From the NCBI GenBank assembly GCA_947648915.1, contig CANSPQ010000005.1, forward strand, positions 1 to 63,249: 63,249 nt of DNA. Reading direction: 5' to 3'. The DNA comes from an uncultured Bacillales bacterium (GTDB lineage Bacteria > Bacillota_I > Bacilli_A > RF39 > UBA660). Each line of letters begins with the position of its first letter. The stretch's first letter is position 1. A program made the translations under genes and the position numbers. The notes under the pieces were generated by a model. It ran no database searches and was not told the origin of the DNA. It was given only the letters and a program-made list of their open reading frames with translations. Below, piece after piece: positions 27,801 to 38,640 of the stretch.

Positions 27801-27993
27801 AAAAGATTTCAATATTGTAGACCGCATTCATTTATATTATAGTGGCGATGAAGAAGTAAGAAATGCAATTGCATGTCATAAAGAATTTATAGAGAAAGAA
27901 ACACTTGCAGAAACAATAGAAGAAAAAGTAACAGCAGAAACATTTGATATTAATGGACATGAGGTTACATTAGATCTTGTTGTAGCAAAATAA
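24898..27993 (+). CDS. ileS: isoleucyl-tRNA synthetase, type 2 (IleRS2)
   Basis: GWDTHGLP, WTTTPWTL, KMSKS, long type-2 C-terminus; GLHH in place of HIGH. Confidence 0.95.
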   Translation: MKQFKELDKRPVSQVESAILESWGSMNKMHDAQVKKNENHETFVFYDGPAFANGFPGLHHMVAKNLKDCITKYHVMNGKKVIRKIGWDTHGLPIENHVEKKLGISSKKEIETLGIEKFNQECRHSVRENEDAFTRLTAKMGQFFDVENPYLTYKNEYIETEWWILKQMFEQNKFYEGTRVVPYCPHCGTGLATHEVAQNYQTDTAITVYVPFKKKDEDVYFLVWTTTPWTLIANVALCVNPEETYVLVESKGTKFVLAQALVEKVFGEEVTVLETYLGKELEYQEYEQLIPSLSVDKKAFYVTCDSYVTMEDGTGTVHIAPAFGEDDANVGKKYDLPYLNPVGKDGCYTEGLWTGKFVHDVNEEVVDYLKENGKLFKKQKLAHEYPHCWRCDTPLLYYSMPSYYIRVSEMTDQLVEANSKVNWYPAYVGEKRFANWLANARDWNVSRSRYWGSPIPYFKCECGHAHMVGSIAELKELAVEEIGEDFDLHKPYIDNIHLTCPDCGGQMTRIPDVLDCWFDSGAMPFAQYHYPFENKELWESQFPADFICEGIDQTRGWFYTLMVISTFVKGCSPFKNVLVNDLLLDAEGKKMSKSRGNIVEPFTTIDEYGADTVRFYLPYVSPVWTPLKFDIEGLKEVYSKFFNPLKNTYSFFAMYANIDEIDTEVCNIPYEDREEIDKWLLSKYNRLVQNVREAFDEYDLNKVVHYLSTFVSEELSNWYIRRNRNRFWGSELNNSKKSVYMTTYEVLVGLSKLMAPVTPFLAEELYRNLTGLESVHLEEYPEVNYDVINEQIETKMDLVRNLISIGRYVREETKIKVRQPLAEALLDGKNKALIADLVPLIEEELNIKKIIFTDNLNDYMNLSVKPNFKVVGKVFGPLMKEFQTKLEMLSTSEVTELQNGNAIMMNIGEESKEITPDMVEIRIASKEGFDVGMENNQFIILDTTLTDELLAEGIAREIVSKVQNLRKQKDFNIVDRIHLYYSGDEEVRNAIACHKEFIEKETLAETIEEKVTAETFDINGHEVTLDLVVAK

Positions 27994-28064
27994 AGCAGGA
28001 ATGATATCCTGTTTTTTTGTTCCAAAATATGGTATACTGAAAAGGAATTATAGTGGGTGATGAT

Positions 28065-30551
28065 ATGAAAAAACAAGACAAACGATATATTTTGATTATG
28101 GGACTACTCGTTTTCATATTAGGTGGAATCTTTTTCTTTTCTCCATATATCTTTGGATCAAAAACAGATTGGTTAGGGCAACATATTGCCTTTCCAGATT
28201 ACTTTAGAAATTTATTTTATCAGACAGGTGAATTATTTCCATCTTTCTCCATGCATTTGGGTGGAGGACAAAATATTTTCAACTTTTCTTATTATGGATT
28301 ATTCAATCCCATTATATTGGTATCTTACTTACTACCTTTTGTTTCTATGAAAGACTATATTATAGTGACTAGTTTACTGGGAATATTCGTTTCTATGGTT
28401 TTACTTTATCACTTCTTAAAGACAAAATTGAACCAATCTATCTCTTTTATATGTTGTTTACTTTATTTTCTTGCTTGTCCTGTAATTTTCCACGCGCATC
28501 GTCATATTATGTTTGTAAGTTATATGTCATTTTTGATTTGGGGTCTGATTGCAGTCGATCGCTACTTCAAAGAAAAAAAGACATTAGGTCTTACCTTGAG
28601 TGTATTTCTCATGATATTGACTAGTTACTATTATAGCATTGGTGGAATTTGCGTTCTTGTCATTTATGGAATTCATTGTTGGCTGAAGGAAAATAAATTC
28701 AAAACTTCAAAATTTATCAAAGAAGGACTTCAATTTTTACTTCCTATTATCTTTGGAGTTTTAATATCTGCTTTCTTTTTATTACCAACTGCATATTGCT
28801 TACTAAGTGGAAGAGAGGGAAGTCCAAAAGAAATCTCTTTCCTTTCCTTATTTCTACCCAATTTCAATTTAAATCAGTTACTCTACACATCTTATTCCCT
28901 TGGGTTAACGAGTATTTTTATACTTGCATTACTATCTTCTATTTGTCATAAAAAAAGGGAAAATAAATGGTTGGGAATTATTTTATTTATGATATGTTTC
29001 TTTCCTATTTTCATCTATCTTTTAAATGGGACACTCTATGTACGAGCAAAATCATTGATACCCTTTTTACCCTTGGCAATTTATTTGATAGGCCTATTTT
29101 TAGAAGATATCTTTGCGCATAAAGCTTCTTATTTCCATTTTGGTATTTTGCTTTTCATCTTTCATCTCATTGCTCTTTTCAGTGGATTTCATTCAGTTGC
29201 CTATTATGTAGATTTACTTATTATGTTAGTGTCACTTTACCTTTTCCATAAATATCATAAAGATTGGCTTTTCTATGTTCCTTTAGTGGTGACTGCATTT
29301 GTTGTTATGATTGCCGCAAATGTAAAAGATGACTATGTCAAAAAAACTTACTCAGATTCGAATATAGAAAAATTAATAAGAAAAATTCCTACTACAGATT
29401 CTTTATGGAGAACAAGTATTCAGACCAATACCTTATATGGCATCAATCAAATTTATAGTTCCAATCATTATAGTACTTCTTTATATTCATCTGTTTACAA
29501 CAATGAATATTCTAACTTTTTTAAGAATACCTTTGAAAACGCTTTACCTTACCGCAATCGTCTTATTTTAGGGACGACTAGTAATCTTCCTTTTCAAGTA
29601 TTCATGGGAGAGAGGTATCTTATTAGTACCTGTCAAAAGGATTTTATTGGCTATACCAAAATAGCATACCAAGACGATGTTTGTTTATATGAAAATAATG
29701 ATGTTTATCCGCTTGGATATGGCAGTAGTAATATTTTATCGCAAAAAGATTTTGACAATTTATCGTATCCATACTCTATGGAAGTACTTTTCAATGCCAT
29801 TATTGTATCGGATGCTTCTACTACAAAAATCAAAAATTTGATACATGAAATTCCCTTTGCATATGAAACAAAAGAAGTAGGCAAAAATCTTATGATCGAA
29901 CAAGAAACAAATGGATATACGGTAACGGCAACAGACAAGGACAAAATTATTTATACATTAAAAGAACCGTTACAAAACCAATTGTTACTGATTGATTTCA
30001 ATGTAGTGGAAGAACCTTCTTGCAATGACGGAGATTTAACACTTACGATGAATGACATTACCAATAAATTGACCTGTTCTAGTTGGGAATATAAAAACCA
30101 AAATCATCGTTTTACTTATATTCTTTCGGAAAATAATTTAGACAAATTGGAGATTACATTTTCAAAGGGAACTTACAGGTTAGAAGATTTTCATATTTAT
30201 ACGTGGGATTATGCAGACGTTGTAATGGCAAAAGATACACTATATCCATTTGTAATAGATAGGAAAGAGTCAAAAGGGGATACAGTTGTTGGTGATATTC
30301 AAATGGAAGAAGATGGCTACTTTGCATTATCAATTCCCTATGATGAAGGTTTTGCTATAAAAGTGGATGGAAAAAGAATATCTTATGAAAAGGTCAATAC
30401 TGCTTTTTTAGGTTTTCCATTAGAAAAAGGAAATCATCTAATTGAAATTGTATATGAAGCACCTTATTATAATCTTGGTAAAATTGTAAGTAGTTTTACA
30501 TTGGTAATTTTACTCGTTTACTCTATTTATCAAAAAAGGTATCAGAAATGA
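28065..30551 (+). CDS. YfhO-family membrane glycosyltransferase
   Basis: DWLGQH, GGGQN, many TM segments, SIPYDEGF...GNHLIEIVY. Confidence 0.8.
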   Translation: MKKQDKRYILIMGLLVFILGGIFFFSPYIFGSKTDWLGQHIAFPDYFRNLFYQTGELFPSFSMHLGGGQNIFNFSYYGLFNPIILVSYLLPFVSMKDYIIVTSLLGIFVSMVLLYHFLKTKLNQSISFICCLLYFLACPVIFHAHRHIMFVSYMSFLIWGLIAVDRYFKEKKTLGLTLSVFLMILTSYYYSIGGICVLVIYGIHCWLKENKFKTSKFIKEGLQFLLPIIFGVLISAFFLLPTAYCLLSGREGSPKEISFLSLFLPNFNLNQLLYTSYSLGLTSIFILALLSSICHKKRENKWLGIILFMICFFPIFIYLLNGTLYVRAKSLIPFLPLAIYLIGLFLEDIFAHKASYFHFGILLFIFHLIALFSGFHSVAYYVDLLIMLVSLYLFHKYHKDWLFYVPLVVTAFVVMIAANVKDDYVKKTYSDSNIEKLIRKIPTTDSLWRTSIQTNTLYGINQIYSSNHYSTSLYSSVYNNEYSNFFKNTFENALPYRNRLILGTTSNLPFQVFMGERYLISTCQKDFIGYTKIAYQDDVCLYENNDVYPLGYGSSNILSQKDFDNLSYPYSMEVLFNAIIVSDASTTKIKNLIHEIPFAYETKEVGKNLMIEQETNGYTVTATDKDKIIYTLKEPLQNQLLLIDFNVVEEPSCNDGDLTLTMNDITNKLTCSSWEYKNQNHRFTYILSENNLDKLEITFSKGTYRLEDFHIYTWDYADVVMAKDTLYPFVIDRKESKGDTVVGDIQMEEDGYFALSIPYDEGFAIKVDGKRISYEKVNTAFLGFPLEKGNHLIEIVYEAPYYNLGKIVSSFTLVILLVYSIYQKRYQK

Positions 30552-30567
30552 TATCTTTTTCTTGTAG

Positions 30568-30581
30568 CGAACAAAAATTCG
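30568..30581 (+). promoter_or_regulatory. putative LexA (Cheo) box at the recG promoter
   Basis: CGAAC-AAAA-ATTCG immediately before TGtTATAAT. Confidence 0.55.
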
Positions 30582-30609
30582 TGTTATAATGAGAAAAAGT
30601 TGGTGAGCT

Positions 30610-32604
30610 ATGAAACAATTGGAAGAACTAAAAGGACTTGGACCTAAGGGATTGCGCTTATTAAACCAGTTAGGAATTCATACGGTAAATGATTTAATTC
30701 ATTATTTTCCTTTTCGATATGATATTTTAAAACGGAGTGATTTAAATAGTGCAGCTAAGGATGACAAAGTAATTGTAGATGGTGTGGTAGAAAGTGTACC
30801 ACGTGTATTTCATATCAATCGTAAAATGGACAAAATGGATTTTAAGATAAATGCACAAAATCATTTATTAAATATTACAATCTTTAATCGCGGTTTTTTA
30901 AAATCACAATTACCAATCGGAAAAGAGGTAACAGTTATTGGAAAATATGATCCTATTCATAGTCATATTGTTGCTTCAGAATTACGGATTGGTACATTAG
31001 AAAAGGAAACGATTGAACCTGTTTATCATACCATATATGGCATTTCCAGCAAGCAGTTATCGCACTACATTAGCCTTGCATTAAAGGAAAAAGTAGATAC
31101 AGAAGATTATGTACCCATGATTTATCAAGAAAAATATCAGTTTCCTTCTAAAGAAACTAGTATTCGAATTGTACATCAACCAACCAATGAAGAGGCTTTA
31201 AAAAAGGCAGAGGAAAGAATTAAATATGAAGAGTTATTTTTGTTTATGTTAAAGATGAACTATTTAAAAAATAATAAACAAAATAAAATTGGTTTAAAAA
31301 GAAATGTAGATTATCGAAAAATACAGGAGTTTATTGATACCTTACCTTATTCTCTTACAGAAAATCAAGAGAAAAGTGTGCAGGCGATTTATCAAGATTT
31401 GATATCTCCAAATCGAATGAATCGTTTGTTACAGGGAGATGTTGGTAGTGGGAAGACAGTAGTTGCCTTGATTGCAAGTTACATTAACTATTTAAGTGGA
31501 TATCAAACAGCTCTAATGGCACCAACTGAGATACTAGCAGAACAGCATTATCAAACTGCACTTTCTCTTTGTAAGGATACAGGAATGCGAATTGGTCTTT
31601 TAACAGGGAAGATGAAAGCAAAGGAGAAAAAAGAGATTTATTCAGCTATAAAAAACGGAGATATTGATCTTATTATTGGAACGCACGCATTGTTTACAGA
31701 TACTGTGGAGTACATAAATTTAGGGTTTGTGATAACAGATGAGCAACATCGTTTTGGGGTCAACCAAAGAAGTAGTTTAAAAAATAAGGGAATTACGCCA
31801 GATATTTTATATATGAGTGCAACACCAATTCCAAGAACTTATGCACTTACGTTATATGGAGATATGGATATTTCGAGTATTAAAACAGTTCCGAGGGGAA
31901 GGAAACCAGTTATTACGACAGTTGCTTCTAATCGTGAGATGAAACAGGTATTGGAAGCCATGTATGAACAAATTAAACAGGGACATCAGATTTATGTAAT
32001 TGCGCCTCTTATTGAAGAAAGTGATAAAAGTGATTTTGAAAATGTCAATGAGCTTTCAGAAAAAATGAATAAGGCATTTGGTAAAATATGCCAAATAGGT
32101 ACATTACATGGAAAAATGAAATCTGCTGAGAAAGAAATAGTTATGAATCAATTTGCGAATAACGAAATACAAATTTTGATTAGTACAACTGTAGTAGAAG
32201 TAGGAGTAGATGTTCCGAATGCAACAATGATGGTAATTTTTGATAGTTACCGTTTTGGTTTATCTGCATTACATCAATTGCGCGGACGTGTTGGAAGAAA
32301 TGATTTACAATCTTATTGTATTCTAGTAAGTGAGAGAGAAACAGAGCGACTTCACATTTTAACCAAGACCAATGATGGGTTTAAAGTGAGTGAAGAGGAT
32401 TTTTTACTGCGAGGTAGTGGAGATTTGTTTGGTGCAAAACAAAGTGGAGATATGGTATTTCAAATGGCGAATTTAAAAAATGATTTTTCAATTTTATTAA
32501 ATGCAAGACAAGATAGTGAAGACTTTTTAGAACAATTAGATTGTAAAGATTCTTTATCGAATAAAATTATAAATTTGATTGAAAAATCAATGGATTTGGA
32601 TTGA
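30610..32604 (+). CDS. recG: ATP-dependent DNA helicase RecG
   Basis: LLQGDVGSGKT, DEQHRFG, SATPIPRT, QLRGRVGR. Confidence 0.95.
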   Translation: MKQLEELKGLGPKGLRLLNQLGIHTVNDLIHYFPFRYDILKRSDLNSAAKDDKVIVDGVVESVPRVFHINRKMDKMDFKINAQNHLLNITIFNRGFLKSQLPIGKEVTVIGKYDPIHSHIVASELRIGTLEKETIEPVYHTIYGISSKQLSHYISLALKEKVDTEDYVPMIYQEKYQFPSKETSIRIVHQPTNEEALKKAEERIKYEELFLFMLKMNYLKNNKQNKIGLKRNVDYRKIQEFIDTLPYSLTENQEKSVQAIYQDLISPNRMNRLLQGDVGSGKTVVALIASYINYLSGYQTALMAPTEILAEQHYQTALSLCKDTGMRIGLLTGKMKAKEKKEIYSAIKNGDIDLIIGTHALFTDTVEYINLGFVITDEQHRFGVNQRSSLKNKGITPDILYMSATPIPRTYALTLYGDMDISSIKTVPRGRKPVITTVASNREMKQVLEAMYEQIKQGHQIYVIAPLIEESDKSDFENVNELSEKMNKAFGKICQIGTLHGKMKSAEKEIVMNQFANNEIQILISTTVVEVGVDVPNATMMVIFDSYRFGLSALHQLRGRVGRNDLQSYCILVSERETERLHILTKTNDGFKVSEEDFLLRGSGDLFGAKQSGDMVFQMANLKNDFSILLNARQDSEDFLEQLDCKDSLSNKIINLIEKSMDLD

Positions 32605-32684
32605 TATCATAATCATGTACTTTTTAATTGTTCTATTTTGTGGTATGATAAAATCAATCAGTTGTTAGTTGTTAAGAGGGTTTA

Positions 32685-32951
32685 ATGGAGTATAAAATAT
32701 ATTATAAAATAGCTCATAATATGGAATATCAATATGTTCAGACAGTGTCAAGGCAATTATTAGATGCATTTATCTTGGAATGTTTTTCTGATGAATCTAT
32801 TCAACTGTTAATTATAGGGCACGATATAGAAAAAGATACCGATATATTCTATTTTCAGGGTGATTTTAAGCAATACTTGAGTACAAAGCAGAATAGTAAT
32901 GTAACAGAAAAACAAAAGGAAAAGACGAGTAAATTAGATAGAAGGTATTAA
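32685..32951 (+). CDS. hypothetical protein
   Basis: 88-aa ORF with GAGGG RBS and TGgTATGAT promoter. Confidence 0.6.
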   Translation: MEYKIYYKIAHNMEYQYVQTVSRQLLDAFILECFSDESIQLLIIGHDIEKDTDIFYFQGDFKQYLSTKQNSNVTEKQKEKTSKLDRRY

Positions 32952-35144
32952 ATGAAAAAGCCAGAATTACTAAGCCCAGCTGGGAATATGGAATGCTTAA
33001 AAGCAGCAATACAAGGTGGTTGTGATGCTGTTTATTTAGGTGGTTATGCATTTGGTGCAAGAAGCTTTGCTGGAAATTTTTCCAATGAAGAAATTGAAGA
33101 AGCGATTTCCTATGCACATCTTTATGGAGTAAAAGTATATGTGACGGTAAATACATTGGTATATGAAAACGAAGTAGAACTATTTTTACATTATATCGAT
33201 TTTCTATATCAAAATAATGTGGATGCGATTATTATACAAGATTTGGGAATGATGGATCTGATCAGACAGACTTATCCTGATTTAGAGATGCATGCTTCTA
33301 CCCAGATGCATATTCATAATATGGAGGGTGTTAAATTTGTAGAACAAATGGGGTTATCACGGGTTGTACTTGCGCGTGAAACTGATATTGAAACAATTCG
33401 TAACATCAAACAAGACTCTAATATTGAATTAGAAATCTTTGTTCATGGTGCATTATGTTTCAGTTATTCTGGTCAATGTCTTATGAGTAGTATGATTGGC
33501 GGTAGAAGTGGGAATCGTGGTACTTGTAGTCAATGTTGTCGTATGCCTTATACACTTTATGATCAAGAAAAAATGTTGAATAAAGAATCCTATGTTTTAA
33601 GTCCAAAGGATTTAAATACATTGGAACACTTAAAACCTTTAATGGAAATTGGTGTAGATAGTTTTAAAATAGAAGGACGGATGAAACGTCCTGAATATGT
33701 ATATTATGTTACAAAACTTTATAGGCGTGCAATTGATGCTTATGCGAATAATCAATCATTTATTCTTTCTAAACAGGAAGAAGATACTTTAAAAAAGTTA
33801 TTCCATAGAGAATTTACAAAGGGATATTTATTTCAAGAGAAAGATCAAAATTGGCTAAATCCATACCGACCAAATCATATTGGAATAAAAGTGGGAGAGG
33901 TTGTTTCCTATAAAAATGGGATTGTAACTTGTAAATTGTTCTATCCCATTCATCAAAATGATGGTATTCGTATTTTAGGACGTTTTGAGGATAACGGTTG
34001 TATACTGAATAAACTTTATCATGATAATAAACTAATCAGTCGGGGAAACATTGGTGACTTTATTTCTTTTTCTTTAAAAGGAAAATTTGTGCCGAAAGAT
34101 GTTCTCGTTTTGACCAGTGATCAAAGTGAGTTGGAAATGATTCGAAACGAAATCAAAGAAAATCCAAGAAAGATTTTCATACAGGGAAAAATAAAATGCA
34201 AAATTGGAGAATGTATTCAGTTTCAAGTAACAGATGGTAAAAACCAAGTAACAGTTATGGGAGAAGTCCCTGTTATGAAAGCACAAAAAGCACCTCTTTC
34301 AAAACAAAGAATAGAAGAACAACTTCAAAAATTAGGAGATACGGTTTATGCATTACAAACGTTAGAAGTGGATATTGATGATTCTGTTTTTGTTCCAATA
34401 CAGGAATTGAATCAAATTCGAAGAAAAAGTGTAGCGTTACTCAATCAAAAAAGACAATATCAAATTCCTTATCATAAAGAGACATACTATCGTGAAATGC
34501 CTACTTTTAAGGAAAAAAGAGGTTATGCAATTCGAATTCACGAGGAAAAGACATATTTTGATATTAGAGAAAAATCATTCAAACAAATTTATGTGGAAGA
34601 TAAAGAATTGTATCATAAATTAAAAGAGGATTCTAGAGTTGTTCTCTTATTACCTAGAGTCATGGATCATTTTGAACATGAACTAGGAAAAGTAATGGTG
34701 GGGGAACTAGGTAGTATAGCGTATTATTGTGCTTGTTATTCTGATTTTTCACTTAATGTAACGAATTCTTATACAGTTGCCTTTTTGCATGCGATGGGAA
34801 TTGAACGTGTTACACTCTCCTTGGAACTAAGTGAACAACAGATAGAAGCACTTGTAACTGCATATCAAAATCGATACCATAAAACTCCCAATTTAGAATA
34901 TTTTATTACATCTTATCCAGAAGTAATGATTAGTAAATTGAAACTTCCAAGCTATTATCATACATCAAATGTGCTTACCATGAAAGATCAAAATGGACAT
35001 CAGTTTTTGATTCAGGAATATAAAAATTATACAAAAATTTATTATTGTAAAGATACTAAATTGAAGGTAGAAGATTATTTTAGTCACGTTAATACCGTTT
35101 GCTTCACAGATTTGAATGAAGATTATAAACAATATCTTATTTAA
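32952..35144 (+). CDS. peptidase U32 family, long form (RlhA-like RNA hydroxylase)
   Basis: PELLSPAG, HGALCFSYSGQC, NRGTCSQCCR, KIEGRMK; long C-terminal extension. Confidence 0.85.
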   Translation: MKKPELLSPAGNMECLKAAIQGGCDAVYLGGYAFGARSFAGNFSNEEIEEAISYAHLYGVKVYVTVNTLVYENEVELFLHYIDFLYQNNVDAIIIQDLGMMDLIRQTYPDLEMHASTQMHIHNMEGVKFVEQMGLSRVVLARETDIETIRNIKQDSNIELEIFVHGALCFSYSGQCLMSSMIGGRSGNRGTCSQCCRMPYTLYDQEKMLNKESYVLSPKDLNTLEHLKPLMEIGVDSFKIEGRMKRPEYVYYVTKLYRRAIDAYANNQSFILSKQEEDTLKKLFHREFTKGYLFQEKDQNWLNPYRPNHIGIKVGEVVSYKNGIVTCKLFYPIHQNDGIRILGRFEDNGCILNKLYHDNKLISRGNIGDFISFSLKGKFVPKDVLVLTSDQSELEMIRNEIKENPRKIFIQGKIKCKIGECIQFQVTDGKNQVTVMGEVPVMKAQKAPLSKQRIEEQLQKLGDTVYALQTLEVDIDDSVFVPIQELNQIRRKSVALLNQKRQYQIPYHKETYYREMPTFKEKRGYAIRIHEEKTYFDIREKSFKQIYVEDKELYHKLKEDSRVVLLLPRVMDHFEHELGKVMVGELGSIAYYCACYSDFSLNVTNSYTVAFLHAMGIERVTLSLELSEQQIEALVTAYQNRYHKTPNLEYFITSYPEVMISKLKLPSYYHTSNVLTMKDQNGHQFLIQEYKNYTKIYYCKDTKLKVEDYFSHVNTVCFTDLNEDYKQYLI

Positions 35145-35278
35145 ACTAGAGATAGCTTCTTTATTTGAATGTGGGCTATCTTATTCTTTAATTTTAGTTT
35201 ACATATTCCTATAGTATTGCTTATAAAATACTATATTTTTTGATGAAATTGGCTTATAATAATACTAGAGGTGGAACT

Positions 35279-37411
35279 ATGAAGGAACAAATATTAGAAC
35301 TTCTGAGGCAAGAAAAAAAAGCGTTATCTGTAACTGAAATCAACGATGCATTGGGTTATCAATCTGTAGAAGATTTTAAGGCATTATTAAGAGAACTTAA
35401 CGCAATGGAAGATGCGTTATTGTTATATCGTACTAATAAGGATAATTATATGTTATTTAATAATAGTCATTTGAAATTAGGTCGTATGATGGCAACAAAA
35501 AAAGGGTATGGCTTTGTTGATATAGAAGGTGACGAAGATGTTTTTATTCCACCAAATGCCATGAATAATGCAATTCATGGCGATAAAGTGATTGTTGAAA
35601 TTACTTCTAAAAAGGGAACTGATTTGGAAGGACGTATTGTCAAAATTGTTGATCGCCAACTTAAACTTATGGTAGGAGAATATAGCATAAGAAAAGGTGT
35701 TGGAACTATTATTTTAGATGACGAGAAAGTAAAACTTGATATCGTCATTCCAAAAGAACATAGTATGGGTGCGATGGAGGGTCATAAGGTACTTGTAAAA
35801 ATTACCAATAAACTAAAAAATAATAGTTACAATGGTGAAATTGTAAAAATCATTGGTCATAAAAATGATCCAGGAGTTGATATTTTATCAATTGTCAATA
35901 AATATGGTATTCATGATACATTTCCATCTGAGGTGATGGATGAATTAGATATGATTCCAGATTATGTAAAACCCGAAGAAATGGAAGGAAGAAGAGATTT
36001 ACGGGATCAAGAAATCTTTACAATTGATGGGGACGATACTAAAGATATTGACGATGCCATTTCAATTGCTCAATTAGAAAATGGAAATTATGAGTTGGGC
36101 GTTCATATTGCAGATGTGAGTTACTATGTAAAAGAGGGTACTAAGTTAAATGAAGAAGCTTATGCAAGGGGTACAAGTGTCTATTTAGCAGATCGTGTTA
36201 TCCCCATGTTACCTCATAAATTATCGAATGGGATTTGTTCTTTGAATCCTTTAGAGGATCGCCTTGCGGTATCTTGTGTAATGGAAATTGACGCAAAAGG
36301 TGAAGTTGTTTCCTATGATATTTTTGAAAGTGTCATCCGTTCTCGTAAACAAATGACGTATAAGAAAGTCAATCAAATTTTAGAAGAGAATATTGTTCCA
36401 GAAGGCTATGAACCTTACCAAGAATCTTTATTAAAAATGAAAGAGCTTGCTTCCATTTTAAGAAAAAATAAGGAAGAAAAAGGGTATATTGATTTTGAAC
36501 TTGATGAATCTAAGATCATCGTAAATGAAAAGGGAGAAGCAATCGATGTTGTTTTAAGAGAGCGTGGTACAGGTGAAAAGTTGATTGAGGATTTTATGAT
36601 TGCTGCGAATGAAACGGTTGCGACATGCGTCTATTTTATGGAACTTCCTTTCGTATATCGTGTTCATGGAGAACCAAATGAAGAGAAAATTACTAATTTT
36701 CTAAATTTTGTGAATAGCCTAGGATATCATGTTAAGGGTGACATAAAAAAAATGCACCCTAAAATGTTACAGGATATATTAAAACAATTGAGCGATAAAA
36801 AGGAATTTCATATATTATCTTCTTTATTGTTAAGAAGTATGCAAAAAGCTATCTATGATTCTATCAATATTGGACATTTTGGGCTTGCAAGTAAATGTTA
36901 TACACATTTTACATCTCCAATTCGAAGATTCCCTGATACAACTGTACATCGTCTTCTTCGTAAATATTTATTTAAGCATCAAGTCGATAAAGATACAGTT
37001 TCATTTTGGGAAAAGGAGTTACCTGTTTTATGTGAGCATACTTCACAGACAGAGAGGGATGCAGTTGATTGTGAGCGAGAAGTTGACGATATGAAAAAAG
37101 CAGAATATATGTTAAAACATATTGGAGAAGAATATGAAGGAATGATAAGTAGTATTATGAGTTTCGGAATGTTTATTGAACTTCCTAATTTGGTAGAAGG
37201 TTTAGTACGTGTGGAAGATTTAACAGATGATCATTATTTATATGATGAGTCTACACTTACCTTGCGTGGTATCAACAATAAAAGAGGTTATCGTTTAGGA
37301 GATAAGATTTCTGTGATTGTAAAATCGGCAAATAAAGAATTAAGAACAGTTGATTTTGTAATTGCAAATGATGTTAATAGGGAAAAATACGGAAAGAAAG
37401 AATTGGGGTGA
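35279..37411 (+). CDS. rnr: ribonuclease R
   Basis: [22 protein letters not shown]1 domain; upstream of smpB. Confidence 0.95.
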   Translation: MKEQILELLRQEKKALSVTEINDALGYQSVEDFKALLRELNAMEDALLLYRTNKDNYMLFNNSHLKLGRMMATKKGYGFVDIEGDEDVFIPPNAMNNAIHGDKVIVEITSKKGTDLEGRIVKIVDRQLKLMVGEYSIRKGVGTIILDDEKVKLDIVIPKEHSMGAMEGHKVLVKITNKLKNNSYNGEIVKIIGHKNDPGVDILSIVNKYGIHDTFPSEVMDELDMIPDYVKPEEMEGRRDLRDQEIFTIDGDDTKDIDDAISIAQLENGNYELGVHIADVSYYVKEGTKLNEEAYARGTSVYLADRVIPMLPHKLSNGICSLNPLEDRLAVSCVMEIDAKGEVVSYDIFESVIRSRKQMTYKKVNQILEENIVPEGYEPYQESLLKMKELASILRKNKEEKGYIDFELDESKIIVNEKGEAIDVVLRERGTGEKLIEDFMIAANETVATCVYFMELPFVYRVHGEPNEEKITNFLNFVNSLGYHVKGDIKKMHPKMLQDILKQLSDKKEFHILSSLLLRSMQKAIYDSINIGHFGLASKCYTHFTSPIRRFPDTTVHRLLRKYLFKHQVDKDTVSFWEKELPVLCEHTSQTERDAVDCEREVDDMKKAEYMLKHIGEEYEGMISSIMSFGMFIELPNLVEGLVRVEDLTDDHYLYDESTLTLRGINNKRGYRLGDKISVIVKSANKELRTVDFVIANDVNREKYGKKELG

Positions 37412-37415
37412 TTTC

Positions 37416-37856
37416 GTGATAGAAATCAACAATCGTAAAGCAAGATATGATTATGAAATATTAGATACTTATGAATCGGGAATTGTCTTAACAGGTACGG
37501 AAATTAAATCGATTCGGAATGGGAATGCCAATTTAAAAGACAGTTATGCCATTTGCAAAAATGGAGAAGTTTTTTTATTAGGTATGCATATTAGTCCTTA
37601 TAAGGAAGGTAATCAATTTAATCATGATGAACTACGTACAAGAAAATTATTATTACATAAAAAGGAGATTTGGAAGATAAGGGATTTTTTAGAATTGGAT
37701 GGATATACTTTAGTTCCTATCAAGCTATATTTCAAAAAAAACAGAGCTAAAATATTATTAGGAATTGCTAAAGGTAAAAAAACATATGATAAAAGAGAAA
37801 GCCTAAAAAAAAGAGATATGGAAAGAGAAATTAGAAAGCAATATAAAACTTTCTAA
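37416..37856 (+). CDS. smpB: SsrA-binding protein
   Basis: [31 protein letters not shown]; GTG start. Confidence 0.95.
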   Translation: MIEINNRKARYDYEILDTYESGIVLTGTEIKSIRNGNANLKDSYAICKNGEVFLLGMHISPYKEGNQFNHDELRTRKLLLHKKEIWKIRDFLELDGYTLVPIKLYFKKNRAKILLGIAKGKKTYDKRESLKKRDMEREIRKQYKTF

Positions 37857-37930
37857 TTTTTAGATTTCCTTTTAATTAGGCATAAAAAATGAATTGCTTT
37901 CATAGAAAAGTTGTGCTATAATCTGTTCAC

Positions 37931-38310
37931 GGGGCTGCTTTGGTTTCGACGGGAGTGTTCCGCTTTCAGTTGCAAGTGGGAGGTACACCTTATGTACAAA
38001 CAAAAATTAAACGGAAATAAATTAAAAAATGCATTTGCTACTTTATTCAATAAGAATACTGTAGCCTTCGCCTAATCGAATTTAAGGAATGCAGCTTTCT
38101 TTTATTCTTTTCCTACGGGAATTTAAGAAGGCACGATTGAGTAGGATATATTGTTATTGGGCTCAGCAATAACAATGAATGATTTGAGCTTACTAAATTA
38201 TGGGTTGTTGGTTACTAACATAGTTTAGGAAATGAAATAATCAACTAAACTTGTAGATACTGTTGGTAGGGTATTTTCGGACAGGAGTTCAATTCTCCTC
38301 AGCTCCACCA
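37931..38310 (+). ncRNA. ssrA: tmRNA
   Basis: 5' GGGGCTG...TTCGAC, 3' GTTCAATTC...CAGCTCCACCA; tag ORF 38013-38075; promoter TTGCTT-17-TATAAT. Confidence 0.95.
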
Positions 38311-38464
38311 TGTGGTTATAAAACAAATTAAAAGTTTGTAGTGATATAAAGATTGATTTGTCAAACGGAAAAACGATTACGTATACTTAATCGTTTTATT
38401 TTTTATGAGTAATTATGGAGTAAATTTATCAAATTCTTACAAGATGAATTTTTCATTTTAATAA

Positions 38465-38572
38465 ATGCAACGATTGATAAATGATGTATATGATGAAGAT
38501 ATAATTGATGATAATGAAATTGATATTATTCAAAATAACAAAGACGATGAAAAAGGTGATTTAGAAAGATAG
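38465..38572 (+). pseudogene. acidic short ORF or gene remnant after ssrA
   Basis: MQRLINDVYDEDIIDDNEIDIIQNNKDDEKGDLER, no clear RBS. Confidence 0.3.
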
Positions 38573-38640
38573 TAAAAAAAGTCCATTTATAGTATAATTT
38601 AAACAAGAGATATTACAAAAAGAAAATGAGGTATTAAATT

